NCBI GenBank assembly: GCA_013239625.1
Contig: MU053588.1
Location: 1,513,988-1,577,987 of the forward strand
Length of the DNA stretch: 64,000 nt
Direction of reading: 5' to 3'
Source: Lama guanicoe
Lineage: Eukaryota
The notes below the pieces were generated by a model. The model was not told the DNA's origin. It worked only from the letters and a program-made list of their open reading frames with translations, and did not search any database. The position numbers and the translations under genes are program-made. Below are positions 34,885 to 47,400 of this stretch, one piece after another (position 1 is the stretch's first letter; every line of letters starts with the position of its first letter).

Positions 34885-37800
34885 CCTACAGAAATGGTGG
34901 AAAACACGTATTAGCTTTTGTAATGTTTGACTTTTCTAGTCTTCTGACATGGCATGATTAAGTCACATCACCTCCACAGCCTCCCTGTAGGAAGCTGCAA
35001 CTATTATTCATATTGGCGAGGCAGCTGAGGCCCAAGGAAGGCTTCTGTGCCTGGCAGTGCAGCCTCTGTCACTGTCCTATCTTCCCACCTGTGGGCCCTC
35101 CTGGCCCCTGTCTGGGTGACTGTCTCTGTTCCCCAGCCCCCCTCTTCTCCTGTCTTTCTCTCCCTGTGTCTCTGCCTCAGGGTCTGCTTCCCTCCTCCCC
35201 AGCAGAAGCTTCCCCAGCTTCCCTGTTTAGAGCCAGGATCCCGCTGAAGCCACAGAGGGGAGATGGTTTCTACAGGTCCAGGCCGAGGACGGGAAGGATG
35301 CTGATGTCACTGCAGGCCAGACTCCCCTGCTGCTTCTGGCACCTGGAGTGGGGGAGGGGGAGGGCATCCCACCGATGGTGGGGGTGGGGGCTACTGGCCG
35401 GCTCTGCGACCTTGCGGGGAGGACATCCAGACGGGTGGCCCCTAACAAATCCTGTTAGCCCCGAAATCTGCTGTTGTCATCTGTTGCTGGTTACCATTTC
35501 AGGCTCCCTTGGGGTGGCCAATGGTTTAATTCAGCAAAGGTTTGTGATAAGACGTGAATATTGCATTGCAGGAGCTGTGGTTATTTGACAGGAGTGAGGG
35601 GGACTGAGAGTCCAGTGCCCCTGTGCGTCCTCCCTCTCCGAGGGCTCGCTGGCCTCCTCTCCCCACCCAGTCCTGACGGGGGCTGGGCACCCAGCTTCCT
35701 CGGTGACCTCGGGCCAGGCCCCAAGCCCCAGACATCTCTGCATTGGTTCCCATCTGGAGCAGGAGGAGAATTCTTGCTGCCTCCCAGGGTATCTGGGAGG
35801 ATGAAGCAAGTCAGCGTGTGTGTGACGCTCAGCACTGGCTGCCATCCTTGTGTCATCATGGTTACTGTCGCCGCAGTCACTGCTACAGTTATTAGAGGCA
35901 GGATACACATAGGGATTTAGTAATTAAGGTTCACGGGGTGAGCAAGCCGTACTTCTTTGCTATTGTGACTAGGTCACATTTCCTTTTGCAGAATGTTTAA
36001 AACCTTTGTATAATGGAAGTGTCCTCATACGCTCAGAATGGTCTGCTGCTCTCCCCACGTCGCCATCCCTGTCACCAGCGTCAGCCATTACCAGTCACGA
36101 CCGGGCTTTTTCATCGGTTCCCCCCACCCTGATTCTTTCAAAACAATTCTCAAATATCATACACTTCAGCCATAATTACTTCAGATTTTTTTCCTATAAG
36201 AGATGAGGAGTGTTTAAAAATATATGTAACACCATTGTCACTGGAGAAAAAGAACCAATACTTCATTATTCTCCTCACATTTCCCCAGTTGTCTTATCAT
36301 GCTTTCTTCAGTTGGTTTGTTTGACTTGGAATCCAGACAAGGCCTGCTTTGCATCTGGTTAATGGGCCCTTTAAGTCTTCTGTAGTCTGTGGAGCGTCCC
36401 CCCGTGTGTTCTCTCCTGTGCTTGCTGATTGGGTCGTTTATCTATCAAAAGCCCCGGTCCTCTGTCCTCTAGAGTTTCCCACAGCCTGGATCTGGCTGAC
36501 GCATCCTTGTGGTGTCACTTCACGTGTTCCTATGTTCCCTGTGCTTCCTGTGAATTGGAACTTAGGTCCAGAGGCTCGATTGGATTCAGGTTCTGTTCTT
36601 TCATAGGTGGTGCTCTGTGTGAACTTCAGGCCAACATTCGTGTCTGGGTGACTTTTACAATGCATTTAATTAAGTTTTTTTTAAAGAGTAGATGGATTGA
36701 AAAAAGGTTCTTCAGTCGGTCCTAGTAAGGCTGGTCCCCAGATACAGCAGAGAAGGGCAGGAGGGACTGAGGCCTGAAGTCAGAACGACTGGGGCTGGGA
36801 GCAGAGGGCTATGGGTGAGCCCCTGACTTCCCATGAACCCATGTCATCAGTGCACAGCTTTGGGTTCCTGCTTTGCTAGGACTAGAGGCCCCCAGCTGAG
36901 AGCCCTCCCTGACCCCCACCCCCACCCCCGTCCTCAGTTCTGCACCCTTCAGCCTGGCCTGGTGGTTAAGCTTTAGGGACTCCTGCCCCGCCCTGCCCTT
37001 GGCCAGTTGGTCCACAGGCCACCCTCGGAAGCTTTCCCACCCCCATCTGCTTCCTCCTCTGGAACATGATGGGGGTGGGGACTACTTGGAGGGCTGTGGT
37101 CAGGAGGCCTGGGCTCCAGGAGCTGCTGCTCTTCTGCATTTAGTGTAGAAGACTGCATTTGACCTCGTCTGCGCCCGGTCCCCTCCCACTCTCCTCTCCA
37201 GCAAGGGGCCTAGATGAGCCAGCCAGGGCTTTCTCAGTCCTAACTAACTCTACCAGTCCTAACGAACTCCTTCCATTCCAGGTGACTGGCTGTTGTGCCT
37301 CAGGACAGGGACGCCATGGATGGATATGTCCCCCATGGCCAGAAAGGCTCCCCGGGGAGTGGGATTCATGCAGGAGGCAGCAGTCCGGGGGATGCCGAGA
37401 GTCTGAGGGCTCTAGGGCTGGCTGCTTCCAGGCCTTTGTCTTCCTTGCAGGAAACAGGCCAAGAGCTGCAAGGGGCCAAGGAGGGCTGCTGCTCTGATCG
37501 CGTGCGCATTAGAGAGAGAGAAGTGGACAGAGAGACAGCACAAGGAACTGTACAGGCACGTGCAGGTACGGAGGAAGCTCCCAGCTGTCAGGACTGCTGT
37601 CCCTGGCATTTCCTGCACAGGAGTGTAAAATATGACATGTGTACATACAAGTGCGTAGAACCTCCCTGTTCAGTTTAATGAAGAACTATAAAGCATACGC
37701 CCAACTAACGGCCACCCAGATGAAGAAGACAAAGGTTGCCAGCACCCTAGAAGCCCCCTCCTCCATGTCCTCTTTCATCATTATCAAATGAATTCAACCC

Positions 37801-39129
37801 TCTTTTCTTCCTTTTAATTGTCACCTCTTCGTCTGTGAATTATGAAAGATTTCGGTTGCCCCCAAGAGATCAGAGAGTTACCTGATGGACTCCCGTGGGC
37901 CTGCTGCTCAGCTGAGAGAGAAGACACACTCGCTGCGGATAAAGGCCCCTGGGTCCCCTCCCACAGGTACCCAGGCCTCACTGTGGTCCCTTGCTGCTTC
38001 CCTAAACAGCATCCCGTATTGTTCTGCACGTTCTAAAACTGCATGTAAATGGTACCAGGCCGCCAGCACTTGGCTGCAGCTTGCTCTCAGTATTTTGCTT
38101 CTGAGATTTCTTGGGGTGGATAAATGAAGTCCCTGCCAATAGGAAGGCTCCCTAGCATATGTCAGAGTCCCCAGCTCCTTGTCCCCATAGCCAGATGAAA
38201 GCAGCCCTGCCCTGGCAGAGCCAGCGTTGCAGAAGGGCACTCTGGGGCTGCCCTTCACCCCCCAAACCACTGTCTTGGGTGAAAGGGGGCACTTCCTGTC
38301 CATGGAAGGTACTGCTGGCTTCCCAGGTCACCACGTGGGATTCAGTTACAGGCCCTTGATATGTAAGGGGGTTCTGGTATCATCCTGGGTTTGTCAGTTC
38401 CGCAGAGGGGCCGTCCCTGGAGAGGGGTGAGGAACCCCTCTCCATGTGGGAGTGGATTGGGGGCTGGGGGCAAGAGTCTCTTGTTAGCCAGTCTCATCCA
38501 GCCTTTCATGGAGAGGCCCCGCGGGGTGGAGATTACTATCAGAGGCCCGGGTTTGCCACCCAGCTCTGCCACCTGCTAGCTAGGTGACCTTGAGCACATG
38601 GCGAGCTCCCCCTCCCTGCCACAGCCTCAATTTCCCATTTTGTAAAATGGAGTCGTATAAAGGTTATTCCATCCATGTTAAGCTCTCGAAAGAGAGCTAG
38701 CACGTAAAAACCACTCAGTGAGTGCTGTTATTGTCATTGTCGCCATTCATGCATCTGTTCTGTAGATAATCACTGTGTACCTCACGTCCTCTGAGTCCAG
38801 CCCTGGGCTGGCTAATGCCTGGGACAGGCTGGTGACCTGTCTGCCCAAGGCCCTGCCCTCGTGAAACTTGTGGTCCAGTGATGGAGAGACACAGCACCAG
38901 GGAGTGACAGCCCAGAGTGACCTGGTGGGGGACGCCTGAGGACTGTGGGAGGCCATGGCTCCAGCCTAGGAAATCAGGATAGGCTTCCTGGATGAGGAGA
39001 TGGCTGAGCTGAGGGCTATAAGAGGAGCAGGAGTTAGTGTGTGGAAGGCTGTGTGTTCCAAGCAGGATGAATAGCGTGTTCTAAGGCTAAAAGGTGGGAA
39101 AGGGTCTGACCTTTTTAATAAACTATTAA

Positions 39130-40377
39130 TATTTTTAATTAAGCTTTTTATTTGAGGTCATTATAAGTTAAATTCAGTTTTAAGAACTAGCACAGAGAGC
39201 CGCTGTACCCTTTACCCAGTTCCCCCATAGTCACATCTTGCAAAATTAGTACAAGACCACAACCAGGGTATTGACATAGAGACAGTCAAGATACAGAACA
39301 TTCCAACACAGAGATCCTTCCTGGAGCCTTTTTATAGCCACATCCCCTCGCTGGCCTGTCCCTAACTCCCGGCAACTGCTCATCTATCTGTCCCCCATTT
39401 TTATAATTCTGTCAACAGTGTTAGGTAAATGAGTATGTATGTAACCTTTTGAGGCTGGCTTTTTTCCACTCAGCATCATTCTCTGGAGATTCATCCAAGT
39501 TGTTGCTGGGGTCGGTAATTCACTCTTTTCCTTGCAGAGTAGTGTCCATGATGTGGTTGTGCCGTAGTTTATTGAACAATTCACCCCAAACATCTGGGGT
39601 GTTTCCAGTTTGGGGCTCTTAAAAATAAAGCTGCCATTAAAAGTCTTATGTAGGTTTTCATGTGAACATAAATTTTCATTTTTCTGGGACTAATACCCAG
39701 AAGTGTGGTTGCTGGGCAGTGTGATAGATGCATGTTTAGAGAAACTGCCAAACTTTTCCAGAATGGCTGCACCGGTTTACATCCCCCCAGCTGTGTATGA
39801 GTGATCGGTTTCTCTGTGTCCTCACCAGCATTTGGTGTTATGACTATTTTTTATTTTAGCTGTTCTAGTAGGCATGTAATGATAACTCATTGTGGCTTTA
39901 ATTTGCATTTCTTTAATGGCTAAAGATGTTGAACATCCTTTCATGAGCTTATCTGCCATCTGTGTATCCTCTTTGGCGAAATGTCTTCATGTCTTCTGCC
40001 CATTTTCTAATTGGATTATTTGGGGTTTTTTTGTTTTGTTTTGTTTTTACTGTTGACTGTTGAGAATTCTTTATCTCTTCTGGATACTAGTCCTTTGTCA
40101 GATAGGTGGTTTGCAAATATTTCCTCCCAATCTGTAGCTTTTTATCCTCTTCACATGGAATTTTACAGAGCAGAAGTTTTTAATTTTGATGAGGTCTACT
40201 GTATTAATTTTTCCTTTTATGGGTCGTGCTTTTGGTATCCAGTCTGAGAACTCTGTGCTTAGCCCTAGATCCCAAAGATTTGTTTGTTTTCTAAAAGTTT
40301 TATAGTTTTACATTTTATATTTAAGTCTGTGATCCATGATGAGTTAAGATTTGTGCAAAGCGTGAGGTTTAGGTGAA

Positions 40378-40411
<34 letters not shown>

Positions 40412-40660
40412 GGGGGGGTTTTTTTTTTTTTTTTTTTTTGAGGGAGGTAATTAGGTCTGTTTATTTACTTACTTGATGGAGGTACTGGGGATTGAATCCA
40501 GGACCTCGTGCATGCTAAGCATGCACTCCGCCAATTGAGCTATACCCTCCCCTTGAAGACTCATTTTTTTAGCAGATGGATGTCCAATTGTTCCAGTGCC
40601 ATTTGTTGAAAATGCTGTCTGTCCTCCATTGAGTTGCTTATGCTTCTTTGTCAAAAATAA
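39130..40660 (-). mobile_element. L1 3' fragment (ORF2 end and 3'UTR), antisense, with a SINE insertion
   Basis: 'ctgccaaacttttccagaatggctgcacc', 'cattgtggctttaatttgcatttc' and 'ccagtgccatttgttgaaa' are antisense L1 ORF2 remnants. Confidence 0.85.
40382..40552 (-). mobile_element. vic-1-like SINE with a long A tail, inside L1
   Basis: Reverse complement of 40477-40552 is a tRNA-Ala(AGC)-like head; long T run at 40382-40439; imperfect flanking direct repeat tgaaggctc / tgaagactc. Confidence 0.88.
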
Positions 40661-40663
40661 GTT

Positions 40664-41415
40664 ACCACAATGAGATACCACTTCGCACCAACTGGGATGG
40701 CTATTATTTTTTAAAACATGGGAAAGAACAAGTATTGGTGAGGATGGAGAGAAGATGGAGCCCTCATGCTTTGCTGGTGGGAATGTAAAATGATGCAGCG
40801 GCTGTGGAAAACAATCTGGTAGTTTCTCAGGAGGTTAAGTATAGAACTACTGTATAACTTAGCAGTTTGACTCCTGGGTACCTATCCAGAAGAACTGAAA
40901 GCAGACTTGAAGAATTATTTGTCCACCAGTGTTTATAGCTGCATTATTCACAATGGCTAAAAAGTGAAAACAACCCCAAAGTCTATCAACAGAAGAGTGG
41001 ATAAACAAAATTTGATGCATACATGCAATGGAATGTTATTCAGCCATACAAAAAGGAATGGAGTTTTGAAGTATGCTACAATGTGGATGGACCTTGAAAA
41101 CATTATGCTTAGTGAAATAAGCCAGACATAGGGAAAATACTCTAAGATTCCACTTATATGCAGTACTTAGAATAGGCAAATTTGTAGAGAAAGGTAGTTG
41201 AATAGAGGTGACCAGGGGCTGGGGGAAGGAAGGAGTGGGGCACTGGCCCATAAGCGATGCAGGGTTTTGTTACGAATGGTGAAGGCCAAGTTTGGGGTGT
41301 AGGCTGTGACGGTGGTCACACAACATTATTGAGTATAATTGACGCCACTGAAGTCTATGCTTTACGGATGGTTAAAATGATAAGTATTATGGGTATTTTA
41401 CCGCAATGAAAAAAA
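40664..41415 (+). mobile_element. L1 (L1MB-like) 3' fragment, sense
   Basis: 'accacaatgagataccacttc...gctggtgggaatgtaaaatg...ggaatgttattcagcc', ending in 'ttttaccgcaatgaaaaaaa'. Confidence 0.85.
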
Positions 41416-44400
41416 TCAGTGTTTTCAAAACCAGGTGGGTCTGGGTTCTCTCTTCCGTTCCCTGAGCTATGTGTTTCTCCCCACAGTCTTGATTTCGGTA
41501 ACTGGACAGCAGGCCTTACTGTCAGAGCAAGTGAGTCCTCCCCATCCATTCCTCTTTTTCACCATTGAGATATTCTAGGACCTGGGACCTGGCATTGTTT
41601 AGCTCCCAGCGGGTTCCTTGTGTGAAAGACAACAGTGCGCCTTACCCGCTTTCAAAGTTACCCTTGGCCCCTGCCCAGTCCTCAGCCCCATATCTGACTC
41701 ATCTTTCTTTTTTTTGGGCACACTCAGCTCTGGTCTGTGCCCCTCTCTCCATGTCCCACTGTGCTGGCTGCTTTCATCAGTTGCCTGGAGCACTGCTTCA
41801 GTCTTGTTACTTGTCCCCATGCCCACTCAGGCCCCCTGATCCCATCCTCCACAGGCAAGGCAGCCAGAGTCACACCTTCCAGATGCAGGCCCTGCCGTCC
41901 TCAGCGCCTGCCTCAGACACCCCCCACCCATACCCCAGCTCCAGCCTGGCTCCATCACCTCTCGTCCCTCAGCCAGCCCGACTCAGCTGGAATTTCACAT
42001 TTCATCGTGTGATTGTGGACTGTGAGCCCCAGTGGGGCAGGGATCATGCTGCGCCCCGGCCCCAGCCTAGAGGGGCATGTGGTAGACTTGCTTTGGATTT
42101 CTGTTGACAAAATCCGTGCATGTAGGAAGGCGGCTGAAAGCCCCTGGAGTCCGTGATTGGAGGAGTTGGTGGGGAGCTGGGGCTGCAGAGGTGGGAAGAG
42201 CAGGGGTGGGTTTACACAGGTCTTCCTGACCCTGCAGAAAATCAGGCCAAGGCTCTGAAGAGACACTTAGCAGAAAAGGAATTTGATGGCTTTTATAAAT
42301 ATGAAAGAATGCTAAATTACTAAGTAGAAAAACACGAAAACTAGGCTGAGAGGGGCTGGATTTCACCTCTCTGACTGGCGAAGATCAGAGTTTGACAGCA
42401 CCCTGGGCTGTGAGGCCGAGGGAGGGGTGAGAGTGGGGCAGCCACACATGGGGCAGCTTGGCGATTTTGAGCTTTGCCTGGCATTTGCACTTCTAGGCAC
42501 TTGGCCCTCAGACACATGGCGCACCTGTGAAATGATATCTGCCCACGATTATCATTGCTACACCGTTTGTAAGAGCAAATGCCTGGGAACAACTGACCTG
42601 GCCCTATGGGGACTGGCTCCAGGTATTGTGGCCCTTCCATGCCACTGCTGAAGTGGCCAGGCCATGCTTTGCAGAGATGGAGGCATGATCACTAAGACAT
42701 TTTTTTTTCTTTAACATCGTAATTTTGAATGAGTAGCTTACATGCTGGAAAGTGCATAAAGCATAAATGTATAGTATAACCAATTACTCTAAAGGGCAGA
42801 CCCACATAATCCCCCTCCAGGTAAAGATATAGATGGTGCCACCCCCCCAGAAGCCCCTCCCAAACCTCCTGCCCCAAGGCAGCCCCTCCCCTGATTTTTG
42901 AGGCAGACACTGTCTTGCTTTTTTCCTTGGTTTTACCACCCCTGTGTGCATCCCTCAACAGCATACTTCATTTCGTCTGGGTTTGAACTTCTTCTTAACA
43001 AAGTCCTAGGCTGTATTGTCTTTTGTTTCGCTTTTTCTGTTTAACATCGTTTTTGATATTCACCCACATGTAGCTCTGCTCATGCACTCTCAACTGTTGT
43101 GTCCTGTTTGGCGGAGCTAGTAGATCACAGTTCATTATCTGTGTCCCATGGACGAGCATTTGTGTTGTTTCCAGGCTCTTGCCAATTCAGACTGTGCTGC
43201 GTGAACCTTCCCATGGTGTGCAGGGGAGCCAAGGAATGTTGAGTAAAGCACGGTGCTTTAGTATGTGCAGTGTGCTGCCATTTATGTTCCTTTTCTTTTT
43301 TTAAGTATGTATATATATACTTTTTTATTGAAGTATAGTCTGTTTACAGTATTGTGTCAATTTCTGGTGTTATGTTTCTGTTTAAAAAGCTTGCAAGCAT
43401 CTCTGTGCGCATGCACACAGGCATGTGTAGGCTGTCTCAGAAAGAAAACAAAGAAACTCCAGTAGAGATTGCTTCCAGGGCCAAGCTGGGGCCGGCCAGG
43501 AGGGCGCCATCCTGTCAATGTTTACCCTTTGGTGCTGTTGGCTTTTGAACCATGTATCGTATGGAAAAGAGATAGAGACTGAGACGGAGAGAAGGAAAGG
43601 AAAGGGAGGAGGTGGATGAAACCCCAGTACAGCAGAATGTGAATAGTTGAGAATCTGAAGGGTGGGTTTTATGGGGGTTTCATTGGTTTAGTCTCTATTT
43701 TGGGGTGTGTTTTAAAAGTTTTGTAATAAAGATCTGTTCCCGTGTGAGAGGATCTTGAACTGACCTCTCCCTGCCCCTGGAGGCCTGTCCCCAGGAGAAC
43801 CTCTTGTTTCCAGTGAGACTTCTGGAGGAGGCGTGCTCCCCCTGTCCTCTCCCCCCTTTACCTGTCCCTCCCCTTGGGACCTAGTTTCCCTGGTTGGTCC
43901 GAACTGCCCAGTCCTGACCGCCTCCCCCACCAGAGCCCAAACCAGCCGGTCCAGTTTGGGGAGGTTTGGGAAGCCCGCCCCAATTGGCTCCTCTCTGGGT
44001 GGCTGCCTGACAGGTGCTCCACCCTAATGGGGGGGTTGGAGTGGCATGGGATCGGGGACCTCTGGCAGACCCCCACCTCAGACCCTCAGACCTGCCCTGC
44101 CATGGCCCCAGGCCCTGCTGGGAGCCCCTGGCTCATGGGCAGGTGGTGGACAGCAGGGGGGTTGGGATTTCCCAGCTCTCCAAGCCAGTTGGTCCCCTGG
44201 TCCACGTGGTGGAATCCTGGAGGAGCTGGCTTGGGGGTGGGGGACATGGGGGTGCCAGAACAGGGCAGTGGGAAGGATTCAGGCCTCTGTCCACCTACCC
44301 GCCTGGGCCACTTGCTCACTCACTCTTCACTGGGCAGCTGCCTGGAGCACCTACCTGCCTGAACCTGGTCCCTGCTGCTCACATGACCCCCTGGTCAGGG

Positions 44401-47400
44401 AGCAGTCCTACTTGGCCCTCAGCCCCTGGGGCAAAGGGTTTTGTCTGGTATGTTCACTGATGAATTCCCAGGGCCTCTGACAGGCTTGTTTGGTACGGGC
44501 CAGGCACTCAGCAAATGTGTGAACCAGTCGGGAGACGGACGAGTCAGAGACAGTGACTGCCGGAAGGTCAGCACTGGGATAGAGCCTGGGGTGTCTGGGA
44601 AGACTTCCTGCAGGAGGGGCCTGAGATGGGGCCCCCAGGGTGAAGAGGGATGAACCAGGCAGCCCCAACCCTTGCCTGCCACGTCCCACCCCCACCCCCA
44701 CCCCCATCGCAGGGGAGACAGACAGAAACAAGTTTCTCAAGGGCGCTCTGCCCTGGGCCAGCGAAAGCTTTGCAGTGAAAGTGTGAGCGGGAGGGAGGTG
44801 TGACGCAGAGACGGGGCAGAGCCAGCACTGCCTCTTCTAGATTTGCCCTCTCTGGAGCCAACTAGCCTCCTGGTCAGAGCAGCTGCTTTAGGACCCAGGC
44901 ACTGGGACAGATGGCTACCTGGAAAGCCCAGCGCCTGACCTCCCTGCTGGGCGCCTTGGGCAGATCACTCAACCTCTCTTGGCCTCAGTTTCCTCCGTTG
45001 TAAAATGAGCCTGATAAAGTACCTGTCCATTTAGGGCAGTGGTGAGCTAAAATGACTTAATGCGTGTCACTGCTCAGAGCAGGGCCTGCCCCAGAGGAAG
45101 TTCTCTGGAAAGTTGGGCCACTTATTTTCAGAAGAGTTAGTTACATCCTGGCAACAGCCAGCATGGCGCGCGGAAGTCCCAGCCCTCCCCACCTTTCTCT
45201 CTCCCCATTCCCTCGCGCCTAGAGATGCCAGTGCGGGGGGGGGGGCCAGGGGGGGTTGGTTCACGGTGATCTCCCCCTAGTGAGGCTGCAAGTCTCAGGT
45301 TCATCCTCCTGGGTGAATTGGGTGGAGCAGAGAGGGCCCCTTCATTGTGCCCTCTGGAGCTCTTGCTGGAATCACAGCCTGGGAGTGGGGGGAGAGGGAA
45401 ACACAGCAAGCCCCAGACCTCTAGGCACCCTCCCTATAAGAGAGGCCTCTCATTGCCGTCGCTCTGCCCTGCAGCCCAGCCCCACCAATATTTCAGACTT
45501 GGCTGCCCCACCAGCCAGTCTCTGGCTGTCAACCCCATCCTGTGTAGCTGCTGCTTTCCTGGCCCCTGGCACCCAGCCTGGCATGGGGAGGGAAATGGGG
45601 CTGTGCGGGTGCCTGTGTAATGGGAGACTGACCCTGCTAACACACGGGCTGCAGTCAGGGTCCCCAGCTTCTGTGTCCCTGCCCAGCCCCTCCCTCCACG
45701 GGACAGTTGTGGGCCCTGTGGCCCAAGCTTTCCAGGCTCAGCCCCACCTCCCTCCATCCCTCCCTCCCACCCTCCGCCCTCCCGTGGGCTGGAACCACAG
45801 GCAAGCTCGACTCCTGCCAGGGCAGGGCCGCGTCACCAGCCGCTGCCAGGGAGGCGGGGGCCAGAACCCTGCCCATTCTCCTCAGTGGGTGCGTGTATCC
45901 AGGACCAGGGGAACCCCTTGATCCCAGCTCCCTGCTCTCCCACTTGGAAGCCTAACCTGGGCCAGGACAGAGGGAAGAGGATGGTGGAGGTGAGCTGGCC
46001 TGGTCCTAGGGCAAGAAGGGAGGAGAGGGAGGGAGGGCTGCCTGGGTGTGGGGGAGGGCAGTCCTGCTGCCTGGCCACCTGAGCCAGCGTAAGCACGTGT
46101 GCGAGGGGCCACACCTTTCTTGGGGCCGGGGCGGGGTCACCGTGTGTGTTTCCGTGTTGGTGATGGCAGGTGTTTGTCCGCTGGGGCTTAGCCCACGCCT
46201 CAGCACGGGTCCCACAGCGTCCAGGTTGGGAGTGTGTTCTGGGGTGTGATTCGCATGGGGTGGTTCCTTGGTCACTGAGTGACCCTGGAGTTGGCTGTGA
46301 GGGTGCCTGGGTCTGCCGTGGGTTTCGTTACCTACTGTGTGCGGGTCTACGGCTGTGTGGTCTCGCGGTCTGACTCTGGCTTGGGAGGGTTCCTAGGTGT
46401 GAGTTTGGGGTCTGCCTTCCTCGGTGAGTCCAGCCGTAACGGAGCAGCTTTTGACTTGTGTGTGTGCATGTGTGTGGCTGTTTCTAGGTGGTGGCTGAGG
46501 TCTGTCTTGTGGTGTCATTTTGTTCTCCCAGGATCGTTGCTGTGTGTCTCTTGGTCTCTTTCCAGAGCCCCTGTGTCTCGGGGGTGTACAGTGTTTGTAG
46601 AGGGGCTCCTGGGTCCATGACTTCTTGGGGTCCTGGCTGTGGATTGCCTCAGCATCCTGGCCCTTCTGTCCTGAGAGCTACCTCTGAGCCAGGCCCCTCT
46701 TTAAGACTGTTCCCCCACGTCCCTCACAGTCCCTCCCTCATGCTTAGCTGGGCCCTTGTTCCCAGGGCCGGAGCTTGGGCTCAGGGCGGGTGTCCCTTCC
46801 CACACTCAGGCCACTGGGGTCCACAGGCACTGTGGGGTCAAGGTGGCCCCCCATCTCAGGCTACTTGGGGACTTTTCCATGCCACCAGTGTGTGTAAGTC
46901 CTGTGCGTCTGTGGTTGTGTGTCTGGACATCCGTGCCGTGTGTGTAAGTCTCTGCAGACAGCTGTGCTCTGAGGAGCATCTTCATGTGTTTCTGTGTCAA
47001 GGGCATGTGCGTGCGTGCGTGTGTGTGTGTATTGGGGAGTTCCATGGCGGGACAGGGCTTAGGTTGCAGGGCCCAGGAGGGCTCTGGGGCCTCTTTTTGG
47101 CCTGTCACCTCCTCCCTCCTTCCTGCCCGGCCTCAGGGGAGGAATGAATGAAGTCTGATCTGATTTCCCTGGTCCCTGTGGGCTCGTCCACACTCTCAGG
47201 TTTGTTGTGGCATCCATCCCCACCCTGGCTGCCTCCAGGCGGTGAGGGACACCAACAGGGCCCTTTGTGTCTGTGCCCTGTTGAGCCTGGCCGGGTTAGG
47301 AGGGGGCCCTGTTGCCTGGGGCTGCCACAGGAGCCATCTGGCCTCCCTGGGGGCTCAGAGCACCATCTCTTCATTCAGCCCCACTCTCTGAGCTGTACTC

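Noticed and set aside
40382..40440. Long T run interrupted by a G run
   Set aside because: SINE poly(A) tail in antisense; homopolymer lengths may be unreliable.
39581..40681. L1 ORF2-like short ORFs
   Set aside because: Decayed, frame-broken remnants; not an active element or a gene.
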